Assembly: GCA_964571635.1 (NCBI GenBank)
Contig: CAZNCN010000007.1
Span: 1,096 to 65,095, forward strand
Origin: an uncultured Ruminococcus sp.
Lineage (GTDB): Bacteria; Bacillota; Clostridia; Oscillospirales; CAG-382
Direction: 5' to 3'
Length of the DNA: 64,000 nucleotides
Shown: one piece after another, positions 36,517 to 45,264 of the stretch
Layout of the letters: each line of letters opens with the position of its first letter
How positions within the stretch are numbered: position 1 is the first letter of the stretch
Notes under the pieces: model-generated
Told to the model about the DNA's origin: nothing
Seen by the model: only the letters and a program-made list of their open reading frames with translations
Database searches by the model: none
Made by a program: the position numbers and the translations under genes

Positions 36517-36544
36517 TTATGCGGAAAAAATTATGTAAAACCCA

Positions 36545-38128
36545 TTATTGCCAATAATCCTTGTCGATGCATCTCATGCGTATCGCGACCGCCATGTTGG
36601 CATCGGTTATTGTGTCGTTCTGCTCAAAATCGGCGATGGTGCGCGCGATCTTTAATATCTTGTCATAGCCTCTTGCGGACAGCGACATCTCAGAGAATGC
36701 CGCCTCAAGCAGACGCTTTGCACTGTCTGAGCATGAACAGTATTTGCGTATGTGCTTTGACTCCATTGCGGCGTTGCACAGCAGCGGCTTGCCGTATGAT
36801 GTCGTGTCGCCGTTGAATCGGTCGATGGCAAATTGCCGCGCCTTGAGCACACGCTCACGCATCTCGGCGGTGGACGGAGTCTTTTCGTCGCCGTCGAGGT
36901 CTGAAAACTCGAGCGGATCGACAGAAACCTGTATGTCTATTCTGTCGAGAATAGGCCCGCTTATGCGCTGCATATATGCAAACCTTGCTGAAGGGCCGCA
37001 GGTGCAGGCTCTGGTAGGGTGACCATAGTAGCCGCATTTGCACGGGTTCATCGCACAGATCAGCAGAAAATCGGCAGGGTAGGTGACAGTTCCGTTGACA
37101 CGTGATATAGTCACTGTGCGATTTTCGATAGGCTGCCTCAAAACCTCGCGTGCTCGTTTGTCAAATTCGGGAAACTCGTCGAGAAACAAGACGCCGTTGT
37201 TGGCAAGGCTGATCTCGCCGGGCTTTGGATATGTGCCGCCGCCTGTCAGCGCAGCGGTCGAAAGCGTGTGATGCGGCGCTCTGAACGGTCTGCTTGTAAG
37301 AAGGGGAGTGAGCTCCTCGGTCAATCCTGCAATAGAAAAGATTTTTGAGCTCTCAAGGCTCTCCGAAAGCGTCATCGGCGGCATTATGCCCGGCAGTCTT
37401 GACGCGAGCATCGATTTGCCCGAGCCGGGAGGGCCCACGAGCATTATATTGTGGTTGCCTGCGGCAGCGATCTCAAGCGCCTTTTTGACTGCGTCCTGAC
37501 CTCTGACGTCGGCATAATCGAGCGGATATTGCCCGACCTTGCTGAAAAAGCTGTTTGAATCAAATCTTATGGGTTCAATGTCGGTCTTGCCCGCAAGATG
37601 CAAAAGTATCTGATAGACCGTGCGGCAGGGGAACACCGCTATGCCCTCGGCGGCGGACGCTTCAAGAGCGTTCTCCTCGGGCAGATATATTTCTTTAAAG
37701 CCTGCGTCACGCGCAGCTATCGCCATGGGCAAGGCTCCGTTTATGCGCCTGAGCTCACCTGTCAGCGAAAGCTCGCCGACAAAGCACTTTTTGGTCAGGT
37801 CACAGCGGTAGAGGTCGATCTTGTCGATAAGAGAAAGCAATATCGGCAGGTCAAAGCCTGCACCCTCTTTGCGAATGTCGGCAGGTGCGAGGTTGACTGT
37901 GACCGCACCGCGCTTGAGCGGCAGACTGTTTTGCTTTGCGGCAGCACGCACACGGCTGGCAGCCTCTTTGACTGCGGCATCAGGCAGACCTATTATGTTC
38001 AGCGTCTGCTGCCCACCTGTGGGAGCAGACGAGGATTCGACGGTTATGATGTGCCCGTCAATGCCCATGATGGCTACTGAATAAAAAACGTTGATCATCA
38101 AACAGACCTCCTGCTTTTTATAGTTCAT
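36545..38128 (-). CDS. comM: YifB/ComM-family Mg-chelatase-like AAA+ ATPase
   Basis: 527-aa ORF with an N-terminal Lon-protease-like S5 fold domain, Walker A 'GPPGSGKS', Walker B 'VLFLDEFPEF' and a C-terminal Mg-chelatase domain. The alternative Met at 38098 is possible. Confidence 0.9.
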   Translation of the reverse strand: MNYKKQEVCLMINVFYSVAIMGIDGHIITVESSSAPTGGQQTLNIIGLPDAAVKEAASRVRAAAKQNSLPLKRGAVTVNLAPADIRKEGAGFDLPILLSLIDKIDLYRCDLTKKCFVGELSLTGELRRINGALPMAIAARDAGFKEIYLPEENALEASAAEGIAVFPCRTVYQILLHLAGKTDIEPIRFDSNSFFSKVGQYPLDYADVRGQDAVKKALEIAAAGNHNIMLVGPPGSGKSMLASRLPGIMPPMTLSESLESSKIFSIAGLTEELTPLLTSRPFRAPHHTLSTAALTGGGTYPKPGEISLANNGVLFLDEFPEFDKRAREVLRQPIENRTVTISRVNGTVTYPADFLLICAMNPCKCGYYGHPTRACTCGPSARFAYMQRISGPILDRIDIQVSVDPLEFSDLDGDEKTPSTAEMRERVLKARQFAIDRFNGDTTSYGKPLLCNAAMESKHIRKYCSCSDSAKRLLEAAFSEMSLSARGYDKILKIARTIADFEQNDTITDANMAVAIRMRCIDKDYWQ

Positions 38129-38335
38129 TAATTATAGCATATCTTTCCTAATAAAGCAAGGGCATTAGCGCATCTATTGCAAAAAACATTATTTTGGTAA
38201 TTTTGAAACCAAAAATCGCCGCTTTTGTGCGCCTTATCGTGATTTGTGCATCACCCACATTTACGCTTCGCTTAAGTCGCCTTATCGTTTGTCAAAATAG
38301 CCAAAAAAAATGCTGAAATATGTGCATAATGACAA

Positions 38336-38363
38336 TTGACAAATAGCGTTTTAGTGATATACT
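38336..38363 (+). promoter_or_regulatory. sigma-A-type promoter for the AT-rich lipoprotein gene
   Basis: TTGACA (38336-38341), a 16-nt spacer, then TATACT (38358-38363) preceded by TGA (extended -10). Confidence 0.6.
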
Positions 38364-38397
38364 AATGATAGAATAAATGTTTTATCGGAGGTTTTTT

Positions 38398-39786
38398 ATG
38401 AAAGTCAAAAAGTTAGTTGCCCTTTTACTTACTATTTTCATCACGGCTGCTTTTATATGCGGCTGCGTTGATCAAAATGGCGTTTCGGATGATATGAGCT
38501 CGAGCGCAGATCCGAGTTTTGACTCAGATGATACCTCGAGCAATATATCAAGCGATGCTTCAAGCGATACTTCAAGCGATGCTTCAAGCGACGACCCGAG
38601 CGACGAGTCAAGCGACGAGTCAAGCGATGATACTTCGTCGAGTGACCCTCTCGACCCGATGGCGGAATATCAGAAATACCTTGAACTTTTTATTGAGCAT
38701 TATAACACTTGCCAAAGGATCCTTTATCAATTGCTCAGCTATGATGAGAACGACTATATAATGTCGCCTTGCTATTATATAGCTGAGGAGAACGGCAAGC
38801 AGGTATTAAAATGCAAGTACTATAAGTTCTACCGTGTGACCGATGAGGAATTTACCTATATGGGCGCTCTTATCAATTATATGGCGAAATACAATGCCGA
38901 CTGTGCCGACTGGCTTTGCGAGCTTTGCAACGACTCGGATCCGGCTAATGACAAGCCGCCGAGGTATATCGAAGGTCCGCATTGTGATTTGTATATGGCG
39001 GATCCGCAGTATCGCTGGGGCAGCATCGAATCAGCGCAGCTTAGCTGTACTCGTGCCGAGGTAACCGCCGAAAACTCGTATTTTGAGGTTGAAAACGGCA
39101 GACTGTATTGCTATTTGTATTCTAAGGTATGTACAGAAATAGAGGCAAAAAACGTCAAATATTTAAAGACCATAGAAACCGACGAATACGTTAAATATAA
39201 ATACTATTTGTCCGAGGGCTCATCGGCTTTTAACAGGCATCCCAAAAATCCGAATGAAGACGAATTGCAGGAATTGCTTGAGTATTTTATCAATCGAGAA
39301 AACGAAATAATGGCGTTGTTCACGGGCGATTCGTATTATGACAAAAACGACAGCCTTGAGTTTGTTATAAACTATATGTGGTGGGGCGAAGAATTGATCC
39401 CCATGAAATATAACTATTATCGCTTGACGATCGATGGCATCAACAGCATCAGAGATCTTATCGACTATTGTGCGTTAGATTATTACGATAAGTCGGCTAT
39501 AGCTCGCAGCTTTTTCTATGACGGTGATGAACAGCCGTATTTCATTGAGACCGATAGGGGAGTGTATATGCTGTTCAAAAAAGATCCGGATGAGATCGTT
39601 CCCACAGATGTCCGCACATACGACATTGAGCGCAGTACAATCGAGATAAAAGACGGCATAATGTATATCAGAACGCGGCGCAACAGCGGTGGAGAATATG
39701 CTACTCAAGATGATTATATCAACGAGTACAAGTATTGCGATGGCAGATGGAGATTCTTTAGGCAAGGCACTGAGCGCCACAAATAA
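38398..39786 (+). CDS. lipoprotein with an acidic Ser/Asp-rich linker and two repeated domains (unknown function)
   Basis: The ATG at 38398 follows GGAGG (38387-38391), and the lipobox is 'FICGC'. A 'SSDASSDTSSDASSDDPSDESSDESSDD' linker comes next. Two similar modules follow ('YYKFYRVTDEEFTYMGALINYMAKY' and 'YNYYRLTIDGINSIRDLIDYCALDYY'). The gene is markedly AT-rich compared with its neighbours. Confidence 0.7.
   Translation: MKVKKLVALLLTIFITAAFICGCVDQNGVSDDMSSSADPSFDSDDTSSNISSDASSDTSSDASSDDPSDESSDESSDDTSSSDPLDPMAEYQKYLELFIEHYNTCQRILYQLLSYDENDYIMSPCYYIAEENGKQVLKCKYYKFYRVTDEEFTYMGALINYMAKYNADCADWLCELCNDSDPANDKPPRYIEGPHCDLYMADPQYRWGSIESAQLSCTRAEVTAENSYFEVENGRLYCYLYSKVCTEIEAKNVKYLKTIETDEYVKYKYYLSEGSSAFNRHPKNPNEDELQELLEYFINRENEIMALFTGDSYYDKNDSLEFVINYMWWGEELIPMKYNYYRLTIDGINSIRDLIDYCALDYYDKSAIARSFFYDGDEQPYFIETDRGVYMLFKKDPDEIVPTDVRTYDIERSTIEIKDGIMYIRTRRNSGGEYATQDDYINEYKYCDGRWRFFRQGTERHK
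38548..38631 (+). repeat. 7 x 12-nt in-frame tandem repeat (TCAAGCGAYGNN)
   Basis: The units are tcaagcgatgct, tcaagcgatact, tcaagcgatgct, tcaagcgacgac, ccgagcgacgag, tcaagcgacgag and tcaagcgatgat. They encode (S/P)SD-X four-residue repeats. Confidence 0.9.
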
Positions 39787-39886
39787 TGTTGCGGCTGGTT
39801 TTTTCAAATTAAAATTATAAGATTTAAGAATATAGTGATCGAATTCTGGCATCGTGACCGGATAGAAGCAGATCAGACGCTCTTTT

Positions 39887-39915
39887 GGTGCCCCCTTTGT
39901 GGGGCACCTTTTTTA
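39887..39915 (+). terminator. rho-independent terminator
   Basis: GGTGCCCC-CTTTGT-GGGGCACC followed by TTTTTTAT. Confidence 0.85.
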
Positions 39916-39986
39916 TATCGGACGCTGCCTTTGCCGTTTTTTGGCGAGATAAAAATAAAAAAAGCCCGAAAAAACGAAAGTTGCTA

Positions 39987-40015
39987 TTTACATCTCGCAA
40001 TTTTCGTGGTATATT
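39987..40015 (+). promoter_or_regulatory. sigma-A-type promoter for nifJ
   Basis: TTTACA (39987-39992), a 17-nt spacer, then TATATT (40010-40015) preceded by TGG (extended -10). A GGAGG RBS lies at 40035-40039. Confidence 0.6.
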
Positions 40016-40051
40016 ATTGTTTGGATAAAAAACAGGAGGTTTGATTTTTTA

Positions 40052-43000
40052 ATGGCAGAAAGCAAAAATCTCATTACGAGAAAAAAGATTTCCATGGACG
40101 GCAACAGTGCCGCCGCTCATGTAGCTTACGCTTTTACCGAGGTTGCAGCTATCTATCCTATCACCCCTTCGTCGGTGATGGCAGAGCTGACTGACTCTTG
40201 GAGCGCGTCGGGTCTTAAGAACATCTTTGGTGACAAAGTCAAGGTCATGGAGATGCAGTCTGAGGCAGGCGCAGCAGGCACGGTTCACGGCTCTTTGGCA
40301 GCCGGCGCACTTACCACCACATTCACAGCATCGCAGGGTCTGCTGCTGATGATCCCCAACATGTACAAGATCGCAGGCGAGCTCTTGCCTTGCGTTATTC
40401 ATGTTTCGGCAAGATGCGTTGCTTCGCACGCACTCAACATTTTCGGCGACCATTCTGACGTTATGGCATGCCGCCAGACCGGCTTTGCTATGATGGCAGG
40501 CTCTAACCCTCAGGAGGTCATGGACCTCGGTGCAGTCGCACACCTTGCGACCATCAAGGGCAGAGTTCCGTTTGTCAACTTCTTTGACGGCTTCCGTACC
40601 TCGCACGAGATCTCTAAGATCGAGGCTTGGGACTATGAGACTCTCAATGAAATGGTCGACAAAGACGCTATCGACGCTTTCCGCAAGCGCGCTCTCAACC
40701 CCGAGCACCCCGTGCTCCGCGGCTCTGCAGAGAATGGCGACATATTCTTCCAGCACAGAGAGGCATGCAACACCTATTATGATGCACTGCCCGAGATAGT
40801 CGAGCACTATATGGACGAAGTCAACTCCAGAATAGGCACCGACTATAAGCTCTTCAACTACTATGGCGCTCCCGATGCTGATCGCGTTATCATCGCTATG
40901 GGCTCGGTCTGCGACGTTGCAGAAGAAGTTATCGATTACCTCAACGCACACGGCGAGAAGGTCGGCCTTGTCAAGGTTCGTCTCTATCGTCCTTTCAGAG
41001 CAGACAGACTGCTCGAGGCTATTCCCGCGACCTGCAAGCAGATCGCTGTCCTCGACCGTACCAAAGAGCCCGGCTCTCTCGGCGAGCCTCTTTATCTCGA
41101 TGTTGTTTCGGCAGTTGCAGCTTCCGGCAGAGATATCAAGATCGTTGGCGGCAGATACGGCCTCGGCTCAAAGGACACCACTCCTCAGAGCATCTTCGCT
41201 GTTTACAAGAGCCTCGCAACGGCTCCCAAGCATAATTTCACCATCGGCATCGTTGACGACGTCACAGGTCTTTCGCTGCCCGAAGAGCCCGCTCCCGACA
41301 CTTCGCCCGCAGGCACTATCTCGTGCAAGTTCTGGGGTCTCGGCGGCGATGGCACAGTCGGTGCAAACAAGAACAGCATCAAGATCATCGGCGACCATAC
41401 CGACAAATTCATACAGGCTTACTTCCAGTATGACTCAAAGAAGACCGGCGGCGTGACCATCTCGCACCTCCGCTTCGGCGATAAGCCCATCAAATCTTCT
41501 TATTATATAAGCAAAGCAGACTTTGTCGCTTGCCACAACCCCTCTTACATCAAGAGATATAAGATAGTTCAGGACGTCAAGCCCGGCGGCACGTTCCTGC
41601 TCAATTGCCAGTGGACTCCCGAAGAGCTCGACAGCCATCTGCCCAACGACACCAAGCGTTATATCGCAGAGAACGGCATACATTTCTATACCGTCAACGC
41701 TATCGACAAAGCTCGCGAGATCGGCATGGGCAAGCGCACCAACACCATTCTGCAGTCTGCATTCTTTGCACTCGCAAAGATACTTCCTATCGATGAAGCT
41801 ATCGAATATATGAAGTACATGGCAAAGAAGTCCTACCTCAAGAAGGGCGAGGACGTTGTCAAGATGAACTATGCCGCTATCGACGCAGGCGTCGAGAGCA
41901 TAGTCAAGATCGACGTTCCCGATTCCTGGAAGGGACTTTCCGATGACGCTGCAGCAAGCGCTACCACCGGCGATCGTGCAGATGTTGTTGAATTTGTCAA
42001 CGACGTTCTGCGTCCCGTTTCGGATATGCGCGGCGACGATCTGCCTGTTTCGGCATTTACCAAGTATGTTGACGGCACGTTCCCTCAGGGCAGTGCAGCC
42101 TTTGAGAAGCGCGGCGTTGCAGTCGACGTTCCTGTTTGGTATGCAGAAAACTGCATTCAGTGCAACCAGTGCGCATTCGTGTGCCCGCACGCTGCTATCC
42201 GTCCCTTCGCTATGACCGAAGAGGAGGCTGCAGCCGCACCCGCATCTACCAAGTTTACCGAAAAGCCGGTAATCAAGACAAATTACAAGTTCACAATGGC
42301 TATTTCGCCCCTCGACTGCATGGGCTGCACCCTCTGCGTAAAGGCTTGCCCCACCAAAGAAGGCAAGAGAGCTCTCGAGATGGTTTCTCAAGAGTCGCAG
42401 CTTGACCAGCAGGCAGCTTGGGATTATGCCGTTGCCAACGTACAAGAGAAGCCTGAGATCATCGCTGACACCATCAAGGGCAGCCAGTTCAAGCAGCCGC
42501 TGCTTGAGTTCTCGGGTTCGTGCGCAGGCTGCGCAGAGACCTCTTATGCAAGACTGATCACACAGCTCTTCGGCGAGCGTATGATCATATCTAACGCAAC
42601 CGGATGCTCGTCCATTTGGGGCGGCTCGGCTCCTGCAACTCCTTACACCGTTAACCGCGAGTCCGGACATGGTCCCGCTTGGGCTAACTCGCTGTTCGAG
42701 GACAACGCAGAGCACGGCTTCGGCATCTATCTCGGACAGAAGGCTATCCGCGACCGCCTTATCGGCAAGGTTGAGGCTATCCGCGAGACCGAGATCACCG
42801 AAGAGCAGAAGGCTGTTATAGATGCTTACCTCAGCACTGCTGAGGACGGCAGAGCTAACGAGAAGGCTACCAAAGAGCTCGTCAAGATGCTCGAGGCAAG
42901 CACCATCGCAGGCAAAGAAGAAATCCTCAAGGATAAAGAGTACCTCTCCAAGAAGTCCGTTTGGATCTTCGGCGGCGACGGCTGGGCATATGACATCGGC

Positions 43001-43600
43001 TTCGGCGGTCTTGACCACGTCATCGCTTCCGGTGAGAACGTCAACATCATGGTATTTGATACCGAGGTCTACTCCAACACCGGCGGACAGGCTTCCAAGG
43101 CAAGCCAGATCGGCCAGGTCGCACAGTTTGCTGCAGCCGGCAAGGCTATCGGCAAAAAGGATCTTGCTGCTATCGCAATGTCCTATGGCTATGTCTATGT
43201 CGCTCAGATTTCTATGGGTGCTGACAAGAACCAGACCCTCAAGGCTCTGCTCGAGGCAGAGGCATATCCCGGACCTTCGCTGATCATCGGCTATGCACCC
43301 TGCGAAATGCACGGCATTAAGGGCGGCATGGCTAACTGCCAGGCAGAGATGGCTAAGGCTGTCGCTGCGGGCTATTGGCAGACGTTCCGCTATGATCCTC
43401 GCCGCAAGGCAAATGGCGAGAACCCCTTCATGCTCGACAGCAAGCAGCCCACCGAGAGCTATGCTGACTTCATCAAGGGCGAGACCAGATACAGCAGACT
43501 TGCACAGTCGTTCCCCGAAAGGGCAGCACAACTGTTTGCAGATGCTGAACAAAACGCCAAGGCTAAGTATGAGCACCTTGCTCATCTTGCCAACAACTGA
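40052..43600 (+). CDS. nifJ: pyruvate:ferredoxin (flavodoxin) oxidoreductase
   Basis: 1182-aa single-chain PFOR with two 4Fe-4S motifs ('CIQCNQCAFVCPH', 'CMGCTLCVKACP') and the TPP motif 'GGDGWAYDIGFGG'. Confidence 0.95.
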   Translation: MAESKNLITRKKISMDGNSAAAHVAYAFTEVAAIYPITPSSVMAELTDSWSASGLKNIFGDKVKVMEMQSEAGAAGTVHGSLAAGALTTTFTASQGLLLMIPNMYKIAGELLPCVIHVSARCVASHALNIFGDHSDVMACRQTGFAMMAGSNPQEVMDLGAVAHLATIKGRVPFVNFFDGFRTSHEISKIEAWDYETLNEMVDKDAIDAFRKRALNPEHPVLRGSAENGDIFFQHREACNTYYDALPEIVEHYMDEVNSRIGTDYKLFNYYGAPDADRVIIAMGSVCDVAEEVIDYLNAHGEKVGLVKVRLYRPFRADRLLEAIPATCKQIAVLDRTKEPGSLGEPLYLDVVSAVAASGRDIKIVGGRYGLGSKDTTPQSIFAVYKSLATAPKHNFTIGIVDDVTGLSLPEEPAPDTSPAGTISCKFWGLGGDGTVGANKNSIKIIGDHTDKFIQAYFQYDSKKTGGVTISHLRFGDKPIKSSYYISKADFVACHNPSYIKRYKIVQDVKPGGTFLLNCQWTPEELDSHLPNDTKRYIAENGIHFYTVNAIDKAREIGMGKRTNTILQSAFFALAKILPIDEAIEYMKYMAKKSYLKKGEDVVKMNYAAIDAGVESIVKIDVPDSWKGLSDDAAASATTGDRADVVEFVNDVLRPVSDMRGDDLPVSAFTKYVDGTFPQGSAAFEKRGVAVDVPVWYAENCIQCNQCAFVCPHAAIRPFAMTEEEAAAAPASTKFTEKPVIKTNYKFTMAISPLDCMGCTLCVKACPTKEGKRALEMVSQESQLDQQAAWDYAVANVQEKPEIIADTIKGSQFKQPLLEFSGSCAGCAETSYARLITQLFGERMIISNATGCSSIWGGSAPATPYTVNRESGHGPAWANSLFEDNAEHGFGIYLGQKAIRDRLIGKVEAIRETEITEEQKAVIDAYLSTAEDGRANEKATKELVKMLEASTIAGKEEILKDKEYLSKKSVWIFGGDGWAYDIGFGGLDHVIASGENVNIMVFDTEVYSNTGGQASKASQIGQVAQFAAAGKAIGKKDLAAIAMSYGYVYVAQISMGADKNQTLKALLEAEAYPGPSLIIGYAPCEMHGIKGGMANCQAEMAKAVAAGYWQTFRYDPRRKANGENPFMLDSKQPTESYADFIKGETRYSRLAQSFPERAAQLFADAEQNAKAKYEHLAHLANN

Positions 43601-43614
43601 TTACACATTAGTGT

Positions 43615-43654
43615 CGCGGTGCGTGCGTGACTGCACGCACCGCGCAGTTTTTAT
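43615..43654 (+). terminator. rho-independent terminator after nifJ
   Basis: CGCGGTGCGTGC-GTGACT-GCACGCACCGCG forms a 12-bp stem and is followed by CAGTTTTTATT. Confidence 0.85.
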
Positions 43655-43675
43655 TAAGCATGGGAGGCTGAAACT

Positions 43676-44692
43676 ATGGCTCAAAACAGCAAAAACGGCG
43701 GTTATAGGGCAAAGGGCTATAAGCAGATGTACGTCGCAACGGCTATATGCATGATAGTTGTTATCATCATAATAGTTGCTATGGCGGTGCTGCATTCCAA
43801 CCTTGATCCCAACGACACCTCTGTTGACCCCGACCTGTCGCGTGGCGAGAACATTCTGCCGCCCGAAGACAGCGACGTCAGCATATACCAGGTTTCAGAA
43901 GCACCACAGAACCCCGATGCTGTCAATTATATCGAGCACTCTGTGCCTAACACCGAGATCTACAGCGGAATGCTGACGCTTGTCACCGCAAGCGGCAAAG
44001 AGCCTAACAGGACTTTGCTTGGTCTGACCGATATTTATTCCAACATGAATAAAAGCTATGGACTTACCACCACCTCGCTCGAGCTTAACGCCGAGGCGAT
44101 CAAGGGACTAAATCAGTTTATATCTGCTTTTGAATCAGAGGTGGGCTACGGCAAGGACAGACTGCTGATACAGGACGCTTATTGCAGCTTTGACACGCTT
44201 TCTTCAAAAGAAAAGCTCACCAGTTATCCCGATCTTGCCAGCGGATATTCTGTCAGATTCAGCATAACCAATCCGGGCGACTATAAGCTCGGCGAGGGCA
44301 AATATCTCTGGCTCGAGGACAATGCATATCGCTATGGATTTATCTTGCGGTATCCTGTCGGTAAAGAGGCAGAAACCAAGATCGCGGCGAACAATATGTG
44401 CTATCGCTATGTTGGTGTTGCACACTCTGTCTATATTAAAAACAACGCCATCAGCCTTGATGAGTATATCACCGAGGTGCAGGCTCACGATTATAAGAAC
44501 CCGATCCGCGTGACCTATGGCGATACGACTTATAAGATCTATTACCAGGCGGCTGATACAAACCTCGCGTCGACGCTCGTTTATGTTCCGACCGACTATC
44601 CCTATGAGATCTCGGGCGACAACATGGGCGGCTTTATAGTCACTGTTGCAGAGACTGCCGAGAGCGAAGTGTCTGACACCTCGGGCGATTGA
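43676..44692 (+). CDS. membrane-anchored VanY/M15B-like D,D-carboxypeptidase-fold protein with degenerate metal and catalytic motifs
   Basis: 338-aa ORF with a GGGAGG RBS and an N-terminal TM helix. 'LWLEDNAYRYGFILRYP' is the VanY hallmark block. The expected SxHxxGxAxD reads 'SGYSVRFSIT', and the expected E-P-W-H reads 'NNMC' before 'YRYVG'. Confidence 0.7.
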   Translation: MAQNSKNGGYRAKGYKQMYVATAICMIVVIIIIVAMAVLHSNLDPNDTSVDPDLSRGENILPPEDSDVSIYQVSEAPQNPDAVNYIEHSVPNTEIYSGMLTLVTASGKEPNRTLLGLTDIYSNMNKSYGLTTTSLELNAEAIKGLNQFISAFESEVGYGKDRLLIQDAYCSFDTLSSKEKLTSYPDLASGYSVRFSITNPGDYKLGEGKYLWLEDNAYRYGFILRYPVGKEAETKIAANNMCYRYVGVAHSVYIKNNAISLDEYITEVQAHDYKNPIRVTYGDTTYKIYYQAADTNLASTLVYVPTDYPYEISGDNMGGFIVTVAETAESEVSDTSGD

Positions 44693-44703
44693 AAGCAAGA
44701 ACT

Positions 44704-44729
44704 GCGTCGACATACCGTCGACGCTTTTT
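44704..44729 (+). terminator. rho-independent terminator
   Basis: GCGTCGAC-ATACC-GTCGACGC followed by TTTTT. Confidence 0.8.
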
Positions 44730-45149
44730 GTACACAAAATAACCCAAAACAGCAAAACGAACAAATGTTTTGTCTGAATGCTCAAAACGTAAAAAAATCG
44801 CCCCCGAATTTGTGCTTTTTGACGATAGGTTTTTGTCAAATAATGGCACCCAAACCCCCGCAAAAGTCGTTTGCACAAAAAGTGACGCAAAAGTGTAAAT
44901 TATTATTTTCGGTATACTGATTGTGCAAGTTTTGGTAAACACGGATTTTGCTGCCGATTTTAAAGAATATAGCCAAAATCACGCAGCACGGCAGGGGAGT
45001 GGTAAACTTGCAATTCTTGCACATCGGTGAACGATAATTATATGTAAAAAAAGAGGGCTTATTGACATAATGTTTTTAGCTATTTGCATATTTTATCGCT
45101 CTTCTTTTGATATAAAATGCCCAAATCAAAAAGTCTATTTTGCTCGCTA

Positions 45150-45178
45150 TTGACAAAATTGACGAATGGTGCTAAACT
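45150..45178 (+). promoter_or_regulatory. sigma-A-type promoter of the seven-gene ABC-like locus
   Basis: TTGACA (45150-45155), a 17-nt spacer, then TAAACT (45173-45178) preceded by TGC (extended -10). It lies about 85 nt upstream of the first ATG. Confidence 0.6.
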
Positions 45179-45264
45179 TCAGCGTGTAGATATGTAAAAA
45201 GCTATAGCCATGCTCAAATGCTGTTGCTTTTTATCGCACCATTCCATTTCAGGAGGATCAACGG

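Noticed and set aside
36419-36540. The DnaA-box cluster as the chromosomal origin (oriC)
   Set aside because: No dnaA, dnaN or rpmH lies nearby. There is no obvious AT-rich unwinding element or DnaA-trio next to the boxes, and no gene-orientation switch centred here. I therefore report it as a secondary DnaA-box cluster. A genome-wide GC-skew analysis would be decisive.
38548-38631. Short tandem repeat as a possible CRISPR-like or other non-coding array
   Set aside because: The units are contiguous with no spacers, only 12 nt long, and in frame inside a well-supported ORF. This is a coding low-complexity repeat.
40049-43585. 300-aa and 716-aa minus-strand ORFs inside nifJ
   Set aside because: They are antisense shadows of the highly codon-biased PFOR gene. 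They have no motifs and no translation signals, and the plus-strand product is unambiguous.
44730-45149. About 420 nt of ORF-free, A-rich spacer upstream of the ABC-like locus, examined for a riboswitch, an sRNA, a regulator pseudogene or repeats
   Set aside because: It contains only weak features. There is a 6-bp inverted repeat (TTTGAC/GTCAAA, 44818-44840), and short words are shared with other intergenic regions at chance-level length. I recognised no riboswitch core and no convincing promoter/terminator pair. The minus-strand 62- and 100-aa ORFs here have no RBS and an odd composition. An Rfam/Infernal scan would settle it.
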